Assembly (NCBI GenBank): GCA_035319205.1 | Contig: DATHDD010000150.1 | Location: 1 to 54,395 of the forward strand | DNA from: Burkholderiales bacterium | GTDB taxonomy: Bacteria; Pseudomonadota; Gammaproteobacteria; Burkholderiales; JAHFRG01 | Direction: 5' to 3' | DNA length: 54,395 bases | Shown: positions 46,596 to 54,395 of the stretch, piece by piece | Position numbering within the stretch: position 1 is the first letter of the stretch | Layout of the letters: every line of letters starts with the position of its first letter | Translations under genes and position numbers: made by a program | Notes under the pieces: generated by a model | Told to the model about the DNA's origin: nothing | Databases searched by the model: none | The model's input: the letters and a program-made list of their open reading frames with translations, nothing else

Positions 46596-49418
46596 ATGAT
46601 GCAGAAGATGCTGGGCAATTCCTATTTGTACGGTGCCAATGCTCCGTTCATCGAGGAATTGTATGAAGCTTATTTGCGTAATCCGGATTCGGTGAGCAGC
46701 GCATGGCGCGAGTATTTTGATCAGGTCAAGGGCGCTGCCCAAGAGGTATCGCACACCTTAATACGTCAAACTTTTGTCGAGTTGGCCAAACATCACGACA
46801 ATGGTCGGGCCGCTGCGGTATCTGCGCCTGCTATCGCGGGGGCAGAAAAAAAACAGGTTTCAGTGCTTCAGCTCATTAATGCCTATCGTTTTCTGGGCGC
46901 GCGACATGCCGATCTGGATCCATTGAAACGCCAGGAAAAACCTTATATACCGGAACTAGATCCGGCGCATTATGGCTTGACCGAATCCGACCTGGATACG
47001 GTGTTCAATACCGGCTCACTGGTTGGCCCTGATCAGATGACGCTGCGCGAGATTTTAAAAGCTGTGAAGGAAACTTACTGCGGGAGCATCGGCGCGGAGT
47101 ACATGTACATCAACGACACACCGCAGAAGCGCTGGATACAAAACCGTCTTGAGGGGACACGAGCCAAGCCGAGTTTTCCAGCCGAATACAAGCGCCACAT
47201 TTTGGAACGGCTTACCGCGGCAGAAATTTTGGAGAAATACCTGCATACCCGTTATGTCGGGCAAAAGCGTTTTTCGCTGGAGGGCGGTGACAGCCTGATA
47301 CCGTTACTCGATCATCTGATCCAGCATTCCGGCAAACAAGGCGTGCAGGAAATGGTGATTGGCATGGCGCACCGCGGGCGGCTTAATGTATTGGTAAATA
47401 CCCTCGGCAAGATGCCCAAGGATCTGTTTTCAGAATTTGAGGGCAAGCATACCGGCGAGTTGCCCTCGGGTGACGTCAAGTACCATCAGGGGTTTTCCTC
47501 CGATGTTATGACGCCGGGAGGACCGATGCATGTGACGCTCGCATTTAACCCCTCGCACCTGGAAATCGTCAATCCAGTGGTCGAAGGGTCGGTGCGCGCG
47601 CGCCAGCACCGCCGCGGCGACAAGCAGGGTATGCAGGTTTTGTCAGTGCTCTTGCACGGTGACGCAGCCTACGCCGGGCAGGGTGTAGTCATGGAAACCT
47701 TGAATCTTTCGCAGACGCGCGGCTACGGCACCGGCGGGACGGTACACATCATTGTCAACAACCAGATTGGCTTTACCACCTCCGATCCGCGCGATACCCG
47801 ATCCACTTTGTATTGCACAGATGTGTCGAAAATGGTTGAAGCGCCGATTTTCCATGTCAACGGGGATGACCCCGAAGCACTGTTGATGGTAACGGAAATC
47901 GCGCTGGATTTCCGCATGCAGTTCAAGAAAGACGTGGTAATTGATATGGTGTGCTTCCGCCGCTTGGGGCACAACGAGCAGGACGAGCCGCTGGTCACGC
48001 AACCGCTCATGTACAAGAAAATCGCACTGCATCCCGGTACGTGCAAGCTCTACTCGAACCAACTTGCTACCGAAGGCGTGATTAAAAGCGGGGAAGCGCA
48101 GGAAATGGTGAATCGCTACCGCGAAGCGATGGACTCAGGGTCCCATACCAACCAAACTGTGCTTTACAATTTCAAGCCGCCGTTTACGGTGAACTGGGCA
48201 CCGTTCAAGGGAACTAAATGGACCGACCCGGTGAACACCTCGGTGCCGTTGGAAAGGCTGCAGCTGCTTTCCGAGAAGCTCACAACCATCCCGCAAAACT
48301 TCAAGCTGCATTCCAGAGTGGAGAAAATCATAGCAGACCGCCGTTTGATGGGGCAGGGGAAGCTTCCTCTCGACTGGGGAATGGCGGAAACGCTTGCTTA
48401 TGCGACTTTGCTTGAGGATGGTTATGCGGTGCGGATTTCCGGACAGGATTCGGGACGCGGTACCTTTTTCCACCGTCATGCGGTATTGCATGACCAGAAC
48501 CGCGAGCGCTGGGATGACGGAACTTATATACCTTTGCAGCATGTAGCGGCAAAGCAGGCGGATTTCCTGGTTATAGACTCAGTGCTGTCGGAAGAAGCCG
48601 TGCTGGGATTCGAATACGGCTACGCTACCGCGGAACCCAATGAGCTGGTGATCTGGGAGGCGCAGTTTGGCGATTTTGCCAACGGCGCGCAGGTGGTAAT
48701 AGACCAATTTATCGCATCCGGCGAAGTAAAGTGGGGACGCATTTGCGGCTTGGTAATGATGCTGCCCCACGGCTACGAAGGGCAGGGGCCGGAACACTCT
48801 TCGGCGCGGCTTGAGCGCTACCTGCAATTGTGCGCCGATTACAACATTCAGATTTGTGTGCCCTCGACGCCGGCACAGATGTTCCACATGCTGCGCCGGC
48901 AGATGCTCAGGCCCTACCGCAAACCGCTCATCATCATGAGTCCGAAAAGCATGCTGCGCCACAAGGAATCGGTGTCCACTTTGGAAGAGCTGGCAAATGG
49001 CAGATTCCAGCCGGTGAATGGTGAAATCGATTCCAATATCGATCCGAAACAAGTCAAGCGCGTGGTGTACTGCGCCGGCAAGGTATTCTACGACGTGCTG
49101 GCTGCGCGCTCCGAACGCGGCATAAAGGATATTGCCATCGTGCGCATTGCCCAGCTTTATCCATTTCCGCATGACGATTTTCAGAAACAGATCGAACTTT
49201 ATAAACATGCCAGGGAAATCGTCTGGTGCCAGGAAGAACCGGGAAACCAGGGGGCTTGGCATCGCATCCAGCATTACCTGCTGCGGCACATGCGCCCCGA
49301 TCAGAAACTCAGTTATGCACTGCGGCCTTCGGCAGCTTCTCCTGCCGTCGGTTATCTTGCCAAGCATGCCCAGCAGCAGAAAGAACTGGTGGATGCGGCA
49401 TTAACTCACGGCGTGTAA
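46596..49418 (+). CDS. sucA: 2-oxoglutarate dehydrogenase E1 component
   Basis: 940 aa. KRFSLEGGDSLIP, MAHRGRLNVL, LLHGDAAYAGQGVV, AQFGDFANGAQ. Confidence 0.97.
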   Translation: MMQKMLGNSYLYGANAPFIEELYEAYLRNPDSVSSAWREYFDQVKGAAQEVSHTLIRQTFVELAKHHDNGRAAAVSAPAIAGAEKKQVSVLQLINAYRFLGARHADLDPLKRQEKPYIPELDPAHYGLTESDLDTVFNTGSLVGPDQMTLREILKAVKETYCGSIGAEYMYINDTPQKRWIQNRLEGTRAKPSFPAEYKRHILERLTAAEILEKYLHTRYVGQKRFSLEGGDSLIPLLDHLIQHSGKQGVQEMVIGMAHRGRLNVLVNTLGKMPKDLFSEFEGKHTGELPSGDVKYHQGFSSDVMTPGGPMHVTLAFNPSHLEIVNPVVEGSVRARQHRRGDKQGMQVLSVLLHGDAAYAGQGVVMETLNLSQTRGYGTGGTVHIIVNNQIGFTTSDPRDTRSTLYCTDVSKMVEAPIFHVNGDDPEALLMVTEIALDFRMQFKKDVVIDMVCFRRLGHNEQDEPLVTQPLMYKKIALHPGTCKLYSNQLATEGVIKSGEAQEMVNRYREAMDSGSHTNQTVLYNFKPPFTVNWAPFKGTKWTDPVNTSVPLERLQLLSEKLTTIPQNFKLHSRVEKIIADRRLMGQGKLPLDWGMAETLAYATLLEDGYAVRISGQDSGRGTFFHRHAVLHDQNRERWDDGTYIPLQHVAAKQADFLVIDSVLSEEAVLGFEYGYATAEPNELVIWEAQFGDFANGAQVVIDQFIASGEVKWGRICGLVMMLPHGYEGQGPEHSSARLERYLQLCADYNIQICVPSTPAQMFHMLRRQMLRPYRKPLIIMSPKSMLRHKESVSTLEELANGRFQPVNGEIDSNIDPKQVKRVVYCAGKVFYDVLAARSERGIKDIAIVRIAQLYPFPHDDFQKQIELYKHAREIVWCQEEPGNQGAWHRIQHYLLRHMRPDQKLSYALRPSAASPAVGYLAKHAQQQKELVDAALTHGV

Positions 49419-49461
49419 ATCGGCGCTGCCGATGAAATAAACAGACTGGAATGAAAGAACC

Positions 49462-50652
49462 ATGCTCATCGAAGTAAAAATCCCTGTATTGTCAGAATCC
49501 GTGGCTGAAGCTACGCTCTTGTCATGGCACAAGAAACAAGGCGAGTACGTGCGGCGCGATGAAAACTTGATTGACATCGAAACCGACAAGGTGATTCTGG
49601 AATTACCTTCCCCTAGCGCAGGCGTACTGGCGAAGATCATCAAAAATGACGGGGCAACGGTGGCTAGCAATGAAGTGATCGCGACCATTGATACCAACGC
49701 CAAGCCTACTGCGGCGGCAAGTCCTGCGACGGGAGCCAAACCACAAGCCGTAAAGAAGGATGAACCCGTGCTGATGCCTGCAGCAAAAAAATTGGTGGCC
49801 GAGAGCAAGCTCGAGGCCGCCGAAATCAGCGGCAGCGGGCGCGGCGGGCGCATTACCAAGGCCGATGTACTCTCACACCAGGAAACCATGCGGCAGCCCG
49901 CGGCAAAGATTTCCGAGCCTTCCCCGGTCAATGTTTCCGCTGTCATGGGAGATCGCCCAGAGCAACGAGTGCCGATGACTCGGCTGCGTGCACGCATCGC
50001 CGAGCGCCTGGTGCAATCGCAACATGCAGCGGCGATACTGACTACCTTCAACGAAGTCAACATGCAGCCGGTAATCGAACTGCGCAATCGCTACAAAGAG
50101 AAGTTCGAGAAAGAGCACAGTATAAAACTGGGTTTCATGTCGTTTTTCGTCAAGGCGGCAGTGGCAGCGCTCAAGAAATTCCCCATCGTCAACGCTTCGA
50201 TTGATGGCAATGATATCGTCTATCATGGCTACTTTGACATCGGCATCGCCGTGAGCTCCTCGCGTGGACTGGTGGTGCCAATCATTCGCAATGCCGATCG
50301 GCTGTCGCTTGCTGAAATCGAAAAACAAGTTGCCGATTTCAGCAGTCGCGCTCAGGATGGCAAGCTCAGTATCGAGGACCTGACCGGCGGTACCTTCTCC
50401 ATATCCAACGGAGGAGTCTTCGGCTCGATGCTTTCCACTCCCATTATCAATCCTCCGCAAAGCGCGATACTCGGCATACACGCGACCAAGGAGCGGCCGG
50501 TGGTGGAAAACGGCCAGATTGTTGTTCGGCCAATGAATTATCTGGCGCTTTCCTATGATCACCGCATAATCGACGGGCGCGAAGCCGTGCTGTCCTTGGT
50601 GGCGATCAAGGAAGGCCTCGAAGATCCGGCGCGCTTGCTTTTAGAAATTTGA
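49462..50652 (+). CDS. sucB: Dihydrolipoyllysine-residue succinyltransferase, E2 of the 2-oxoglutarate dehydrogenase complex
   Basis: Lipoyl domain (IETDKV), an Ala/Pro-rich linker, and the catalytic motif [14 protein letters not shown]. Confidence 0.96.
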   Translation: MLIEVKIPVLSESVAEATLLSWHKKQGEYVRRDENLIDIETDKVILELPSPSAGVLAKIIKNDGATVASNEVIATIDTNAKPTAAASPATGAKPQAVKKDEPVLMPAAKKLVAESKLEAAEISGSGRGGRITKADVLSHQETMRQPAAKISEPSPVNVSAVMGDRPEQRVPMTRLRARIAERLVQSQHAAAILTTFNEVNMQPVIELRNRYKEKFEKEHSIKLGFMSFFVKAAVAALKKFPIVNASIDGNDIVYHGYFDIGIAVSSSRGLVVPIIRNADRLSLAEIEKQVADFSSRAQDGKLSIEDLTGGTFSISNGGVFGSMLSTPIINPPQSAILGIHATKERPVVENGQIVVRPMNYLALSYDHRIIDGREAVLSLVAIKEGLEDPARLLLEI

Positions 50653-50658
50653 TTTTTT

Positions 50659-50718
50659 ACCGCAGAGACGCAAAGCCCTAAATCATTGGTGTTCTCCGCG
50701 CCTCGGTGTCTTTGCGGT
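50659..50718 (+). other. Long-stem hairpin in the sucB-lpd spacer
   Basis: ACCGCAGAGACGC (50659-50671) pairs with GUGUCUUUGCGGU (50706-50718) over 13 positions, counting two G-U pairs. The loop is 34 nt and a weak U-run follows. Confidence 0.3.
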
Positions 50719-50738
50719 TTGTACGGGGGGAGTAAGCA

Positions 50739-52169
50739 ATGCCCAATTCTTTCGATGTAGCTGTCATCGGCGCCGGGCCCGGCGGTTATGTGGCTGCACT
50801 TCGCTGCGGGCAACTCGGTCTCAACACTATCTGCATAGACGACTGGAAAAACGAAAAAGGCAAACCCAGCCTCGGCGGAACCTGCCTGAATGTCGGCTGC
50901 ATCCCTTCCAAGGCCTTGCTTGAGTCCTCTGAGAACTACGAGCGGGTGCGGCACAAATTTTCCGAGCATGGGGTGACTGTGCAGGGCGTCACCATGGACG
51001 TAGGCGCGATGCAGGCGCGTAAAAATAAAATCGTCGAGAGCTTTACTGGCGGTATCGCCATGCTGTTCAAGAAAAATAAAGTTACATTCCGGCATGGAAT
51101 AGGGCGCTTTGTTTCAGCTGGAAATGGCTATCAGATTGGCGTATCGGATAACGGCAAGTCGGAAAGCATAGATGCCAAGCATGTGATTGTAGCCACCGGC
51201 TCCCTTCCTAGACAGCTTCCGGGAGCACCGCCGGACCAGAATTTGATTGTAGATAATGTTGGGGCGCTCTCGTTTACCGAAGTACCGGAGCGCCTGGGGG
51301 TGGTGGGAGCTGGCGTTATTGGTTTGGAAATGGGCAGCGTTTGGCGCCGTTTGGGGGCAGAGGTCACTTTACTTGAAGCCTTGCCGGGATTTTTATTGGT
51401 TGCGGACGAGCAGGTCTCCAGGGAAGCACAAAAGATTTTTACCAAGGAACAGGGTCTGGATATCCGTACCGGCGTAAAAATTACTTCGGTTAAAACCGGT
51501 AAAAACCAAGTCGTCGTTGAATATGTGGACCATCAGGGTGCCCGGCAAAAGTTTGAATGCGACAAACTGATAGTCGCCATCGGCAGGGTACCGAATACTG
51601 CCGGTCTCGGAGCTGAAAAGGTAAAACTGAAACTGGATAGCAACGGCTTTATCGAAGTGGATGCGCATTGCCGCACCAATTTGCCCAATGTGTTTGCCGT
51701 TGGCGATGCCGTACGCGGCCCGATGCTTGCTCACAAGGCCTCCGAGGAAGGCGTGGCGGTAGCGGAAACCATTGCCGGTCAGGCCGGCCATATTAACCTC
51801 GATACTATTCCCTGGGTCATTTACACTTCTCCGGAAATTGCCTGGGTGGGCAAGACCGAGCAGGAATTGAAGAAATCCGGGTCCGCATACCGCTCAGGCC
51901 AATTTCCTTTTTTTGCCAACGGGCGCGCGCGCAGCCTGGGAGAAACCTCAGGCTTCGTGAAAATCCTGGCAGATGCCCGGACCGACCGCATTATCGGCGT
52001 GCATATCATCGGGCCTTACGCTTCTGAGATGATTGCGGAAGCGGTGATCGCGATGGAATTTGCGGCAAGCAGCGAAGACATCGCGCGCATCGTACATGCC
52101 CACCCATCGCTTTCCGAGGTGTTTCATGAAGCCGCTCTGAGTGTAGACAAGCGAAGCCTGCATATCTAG
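50739..52169 (+). CDS. lpdA: Dihydrolipoyl dehydrogenase (E3)
   Basis: GAGPGGY, redox-active [14 protein letters not shown]-terminal HAHPSLSE. Confidence 0.96.
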   Translation: MPNSFDVAVIGAGPGGYVAALRCGQLGLNTICIDDWKNEKGKPSLGGTCLNVGCIPSKALLESSENYERVRHKFSEHGVTVQGVTMDVGAMQARKNKIVESFTGGIAMLFKKNKVTFRHGIGRFVSAGNGYQIGVSDNGKSESIDAKHVIVATGSLPRQLPGAPPDQNLIVDNVGALSFTEVPERLGVVGAGVIGLEMGSVWRRLGAEVTLLEALPGFLLVADEQVSREAQKIFTKEQGLDIRTGVKITSVKTGKNQVVVEYVDHQGARQKFECDKLIVAIGRVPNTAGLGAEKVKLKLDSNGFIEVDAHCRTNLPNVFAVGDAVRGPMLAHKASEEGVAVAETIAGQAGHINLDTIPWVIYTSPEIAWVGKTEQELKKSGSAYRSGQFPFFANGRARSLGETSGFVKILADARTDRIIGVHIIGPYASEMIAEAVIAMEFAASSEDIARIVHAHPSLSEVFHEAALSVDKRSLHI

Positions 52170-52212
52170 TGCTATCGGCAAAAATTGCGCCACCACTTAA
52201 CAGAGATTCTCA

Positions 52213-53199
52213 ATGCAAAATTTCAAGGCTTACCGAATTTTTAACGAGAACGGCAAGGTTCAAAGTCGCCTGGTCGAAACTAACTTAAACGAATTGGATG
52301 CCGGCGAGGTCGTGCTCAAAGCGGCCTATTCCAGCGTCAATTACAAGGACGCTTTGGCGGCAACTGGCGCCGGCAAAGTCATTCGCCGTTTTCCATGCAC
52401 CGGAGGGATAGATGTTTCAGGCGTGGTGACATCTTCCACCGATTCGCATTTTAAAGAGGGCGATGAGGTTATAGTCACCAGTTATGATTTGGGTGTGGCT
52501 CACGACGGCGGTTATTCGGAATATGTGCGCGTTCCTGCCGCATGGGTGGTGCCACTGCCCAAAGGCTTGACCCTGGTCGATGCAATGGCGATTGGCACAG
52601 CCGGCTACACTGCGGCGCTGGCAATTCATCTCATGGAGCAGAACGATCTCAAGCCCGCGAATGGCAAAGTGGCGGTAACTGGGGCCACCGGGGGGGTGGC
52701 GAGCATTGGCATTGATATATTGGCGATGCTCGGCTATCACGTTGTGGCGATCACCGGTAAAGATAGCGAGCATGATTATCTGAAACAACTCGGAGCAGCT
52801 GAAGTGCTGTCGCGTCATAAACTGGAAATGGGCGCACGCCCGTTGGAAAAGACGCTGTGGGCTGGGGCGCTTGATTCGGTGGGGGGCGAGCAATTGGCCT
52901 GGCTTATCCGCACCATGCAGCAAAACGGCGTGATCGGCAGTTTCGGCAATGCTGGCGGTATTGAACTGCATACCACAGTGCTGCCGTTTATTTTGCGAGG
53001 TGTGCGCTTGCTGGGTGTGGATTCGGCTTATACAGCAATGCCGCTGCGCCGTGCCATCTGGGCAAGGCTAGCGGGAGATTTACATCCACGGCACCTTGCG
53101 GAAATCACCCATAGCGTGAACCTGGACCAATTGCCCGGAGTATTTGAAAAAATGTTGCAATCTCAAGCTCGCGGCCGCACAGTAGTAAAGATAAGTTAA
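52213..53199 (+). CDS. acuI: YhdH/AcuI family NADPH-dependent acrylyl-CoA reductase / quinone oxidoreductase
   Basis: MDR family. SSVNYKDALA and GATGGVAS, with overall resemblance to YhdH. Confidence 0.8.
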   Translation: MQNFKAYRIFNENGKVQSRLVETNLNELDAGEVVLKAAYSSVNYKDALAATGAGKVIRRFPCTGGIDVSGVVTSSTDSHFKEGDEVIVTSYDLGVAHDGGYSEYVRVPAAWVVPLPKGLTLVDAMAIGTAGYTAALAIHLMEQNDLKPANGKVAVTGATGGVASIGIDILAMLGYHVVAITGKDSEHDYLKQLGAAEVLSRHKLEMGARPLEKTLWAGALDSVGGEQLAWLIRTMQQNGVIGSFGNAGGIELHTTVLPFILRGVRLLGVDSAYTAMPLRRAIWARLAGDLHPRHLAEITHSVNLDQLPGVFEKMLQSQARGRTVVKIS

Positions 53200-53298
53200 A
53201 CTATGTATATCAAAATGTTATCAAATTACATTAAACTTGTTTCTAGAACATATTTTGATTTTCAGACAAGGGTTGCATAATTTTCCATGAGAGGAAAT

Positions 53299-54395
53299 AT
53301 GAGCAAGAGCTATCAAGATTTTTATCGCCATTCAATTGAGGATCCCGACTCATTTTGGGGCGAGCAAGCCAAGCTCATAGACTGGCACAAGCCTTTCAGC
53401 AAAGTTCTGGATTACGGGAAACCGCCATTCGCCAGATGGTTCGTCGGCGGGCAAACCAATCTTTGCTATAACGCGGTGGATCGTCATGTGCAGACGCGCG
53501 GTGACCAGAAGGCGCTGGTCTGGATTTCGACCGAGGTCAATCAGGAAAAAAGTTTCACCTATCGCGAATTGCATGTAGAGGTGCAGCGCGTCGCTGCCAT
53601 GATGCAATCCCTGGGCGTCAAAAAAGGCGACCGCGTCATTATCTATATGCCCATGGTTCCCGAAGCGGCATTCGCGATCCTGGCTTGTGCACGCATCGGC
53701 GCGATACATTCAGTGGTGTTTGGTGGGTTTGCCGCGGCGAACCTTGCGGCACGCATCGATGACGCAAAGCCCGTACTCATGATTACCGCTGACGGCGGCA
53801 GCCGCATGGGCAAAGTGATCCCGTATAAAAACCTGGTTGACGAATCAATCAAGCTGGCGCAATACCCGCCGGACAAGATCATTATTTTTCGACGTGGACT
53901 GGACCCAAAAATACCGGTAACACCCGGCCGCGATATCGATTACGCTGAGCTGCGCACAAAACACATGAATGCCCAGGTGCCGGTAACATGGCTAGAATCA
54001 AACGAGCCGTCTTATATTCTTTACACTTCTGGCACCACCGGTAAGCCCAAGGGCGTACAGCGCGATGTTGGCGGTCACGCGGTAGCGCTGGCAGCGTCCA
54101 TGAAATATATTTACTGCGGCAACGCCGGGGAAACCATGTTTACCGCCTCTGATATTGGCTGGGTGGTGGGGCATTCCTACATTATTTACTGGCCGCTGAT
54201 TGCCGGGATGACTACCATTATGTATGAAGGGGTTCCGGTGCGTCCCGATGCCGGCATTTGGTGGAAAATCGTCCACGACCACAAGGTCACCGTGATGTTC
54301 ACTGCACCGACCGCCATTCGCGTTCTCAAGAAGCAGGACCCGGCCTATCTCAAAAAATATAATATTTCATCGCTGCGGTACCTGTTCCTTGCGGG
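53299..54395 (+). CDS. prpE: Propionate--CoA ligase (PrpE / acetyl-CoA-synthetase family), N-terminal 365 aa; the 3' end lies outside the window
   Basis: ATG at 53299 after GAGGA. I translated the frame by hand and it has no stop to the window edge. Contains the AMP-binding motif YTSGTTGKPKG. Absent from the ORF track because the frame has no stop codon inside the window. Confidence 0.88.
   Translation, partial: MSKSYQDFYRHSIEDPDSFWGEQAKLIDWHKPFSKVLDYGKPPFARWFVGGQTNLCYNAVDRHVQTRGDQKALVWISTEVNQEKSFTYRELHVEVQRVAAMMQSLGVKKGDRVIIYMPMVPEAAFAILACARIGAIHSVVFGGFAAANLAARIDDAKPVLMITADGGSRMGKVIPYKNLVDESIKLAQYPPDKIIIFRRGLDPKIPVTPGRDIDYAELRTKHMNAQVPVTWLESNEPSYILYTSGTTGKPKGVQRDVGGHAVALAASMKYIYCGNAGETMFTASDIGWVVGHSYIIYWPLIAGMTTIMYEGVPVRPDAGIWWKIVHDHKVTVMFTAPTAIRVLKKQDPAYLKKYNISSLRYLFLA

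Noticed and set aside
53350-54282. Three minus-strand ORFs (53350-53709, 53643-53882, 53998-54282), the only track entries at the right end
   Set aside because: The plus-strand frame from 53299 is open to the window edge and encodes a clear acyl-CoA synthetase. The minus-strand ORFs are its shadows.
1-54395. Search for CRISPR arrays, rRNA or tRNA genes, IS elements, integrases, phage genes and known defence systems
   Set aside because: I saw no regularly spaced direct repeats, no rRNA- or tRNA-like sequences that fold, and no transposase, integrase or phage-like ORFs in any frame of the track.

Overview
A 54.4 kb chromosomal segment. Gene content and order look betaproteobacterial: a GntR regulator followed by sdhCDAB-sdhE-gltA-sucAB-lpd, with mdh divergent. 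Coding density is high. I found no rRNA or tRNA genes, CRISPR array, transposase or integrase. Left to right: (1) a tungsten/molybdopterin block (1-8929) with the 3' part of a tungsten aldehyde:ferredoxin oxidoreductase, its FAD subunit, a MoaD-like carrier, a ModE-HTH/PBP regulator, a ModA-like binding protein, tupABC and mobB-moaD-moaE; (2) DUF190, nnr, purL and a GC-rich lctP; (3) an uncharacterised envelope cluster (17.3-21.5 kb) with a small membrane protein, a TPM/TPR protein, a secreted or anchored protein, a FecR-domain protein and DUF2147; (4) a type IV pilin locus (21.5-24.4 kb) with a sigma-54 promoter, mostly gene-free flanks, a second decayed copy of the pilin 3' end plus terminator, and two small ORFs with strong ribosome-binding sites that fall below or near the ORF-track cutoff; (5) a 16 kb co-directional minus-strand run of ppiC-type PPIase, bolA, yciI, yciB, msrB, acnA, prpD, a complete GC-rich arn (L-Ara4N lipid A modification) operon, prpC and mdh; (6) the TCA supercluster, then acuI/yhdH and a prpE that runs off the window edge and is missing from the ORF track. 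The most unusual places are the pilin locus remnants with their small ORFs, the arn operon sitting between prpC and prpD, the envelope cluster, and some RNA-structure and operator signals in the tungsten block. I cannot show that any of these is a truly new system from sequence alone. All protein calls rest on motifs I recognise by eye, not on database searches.
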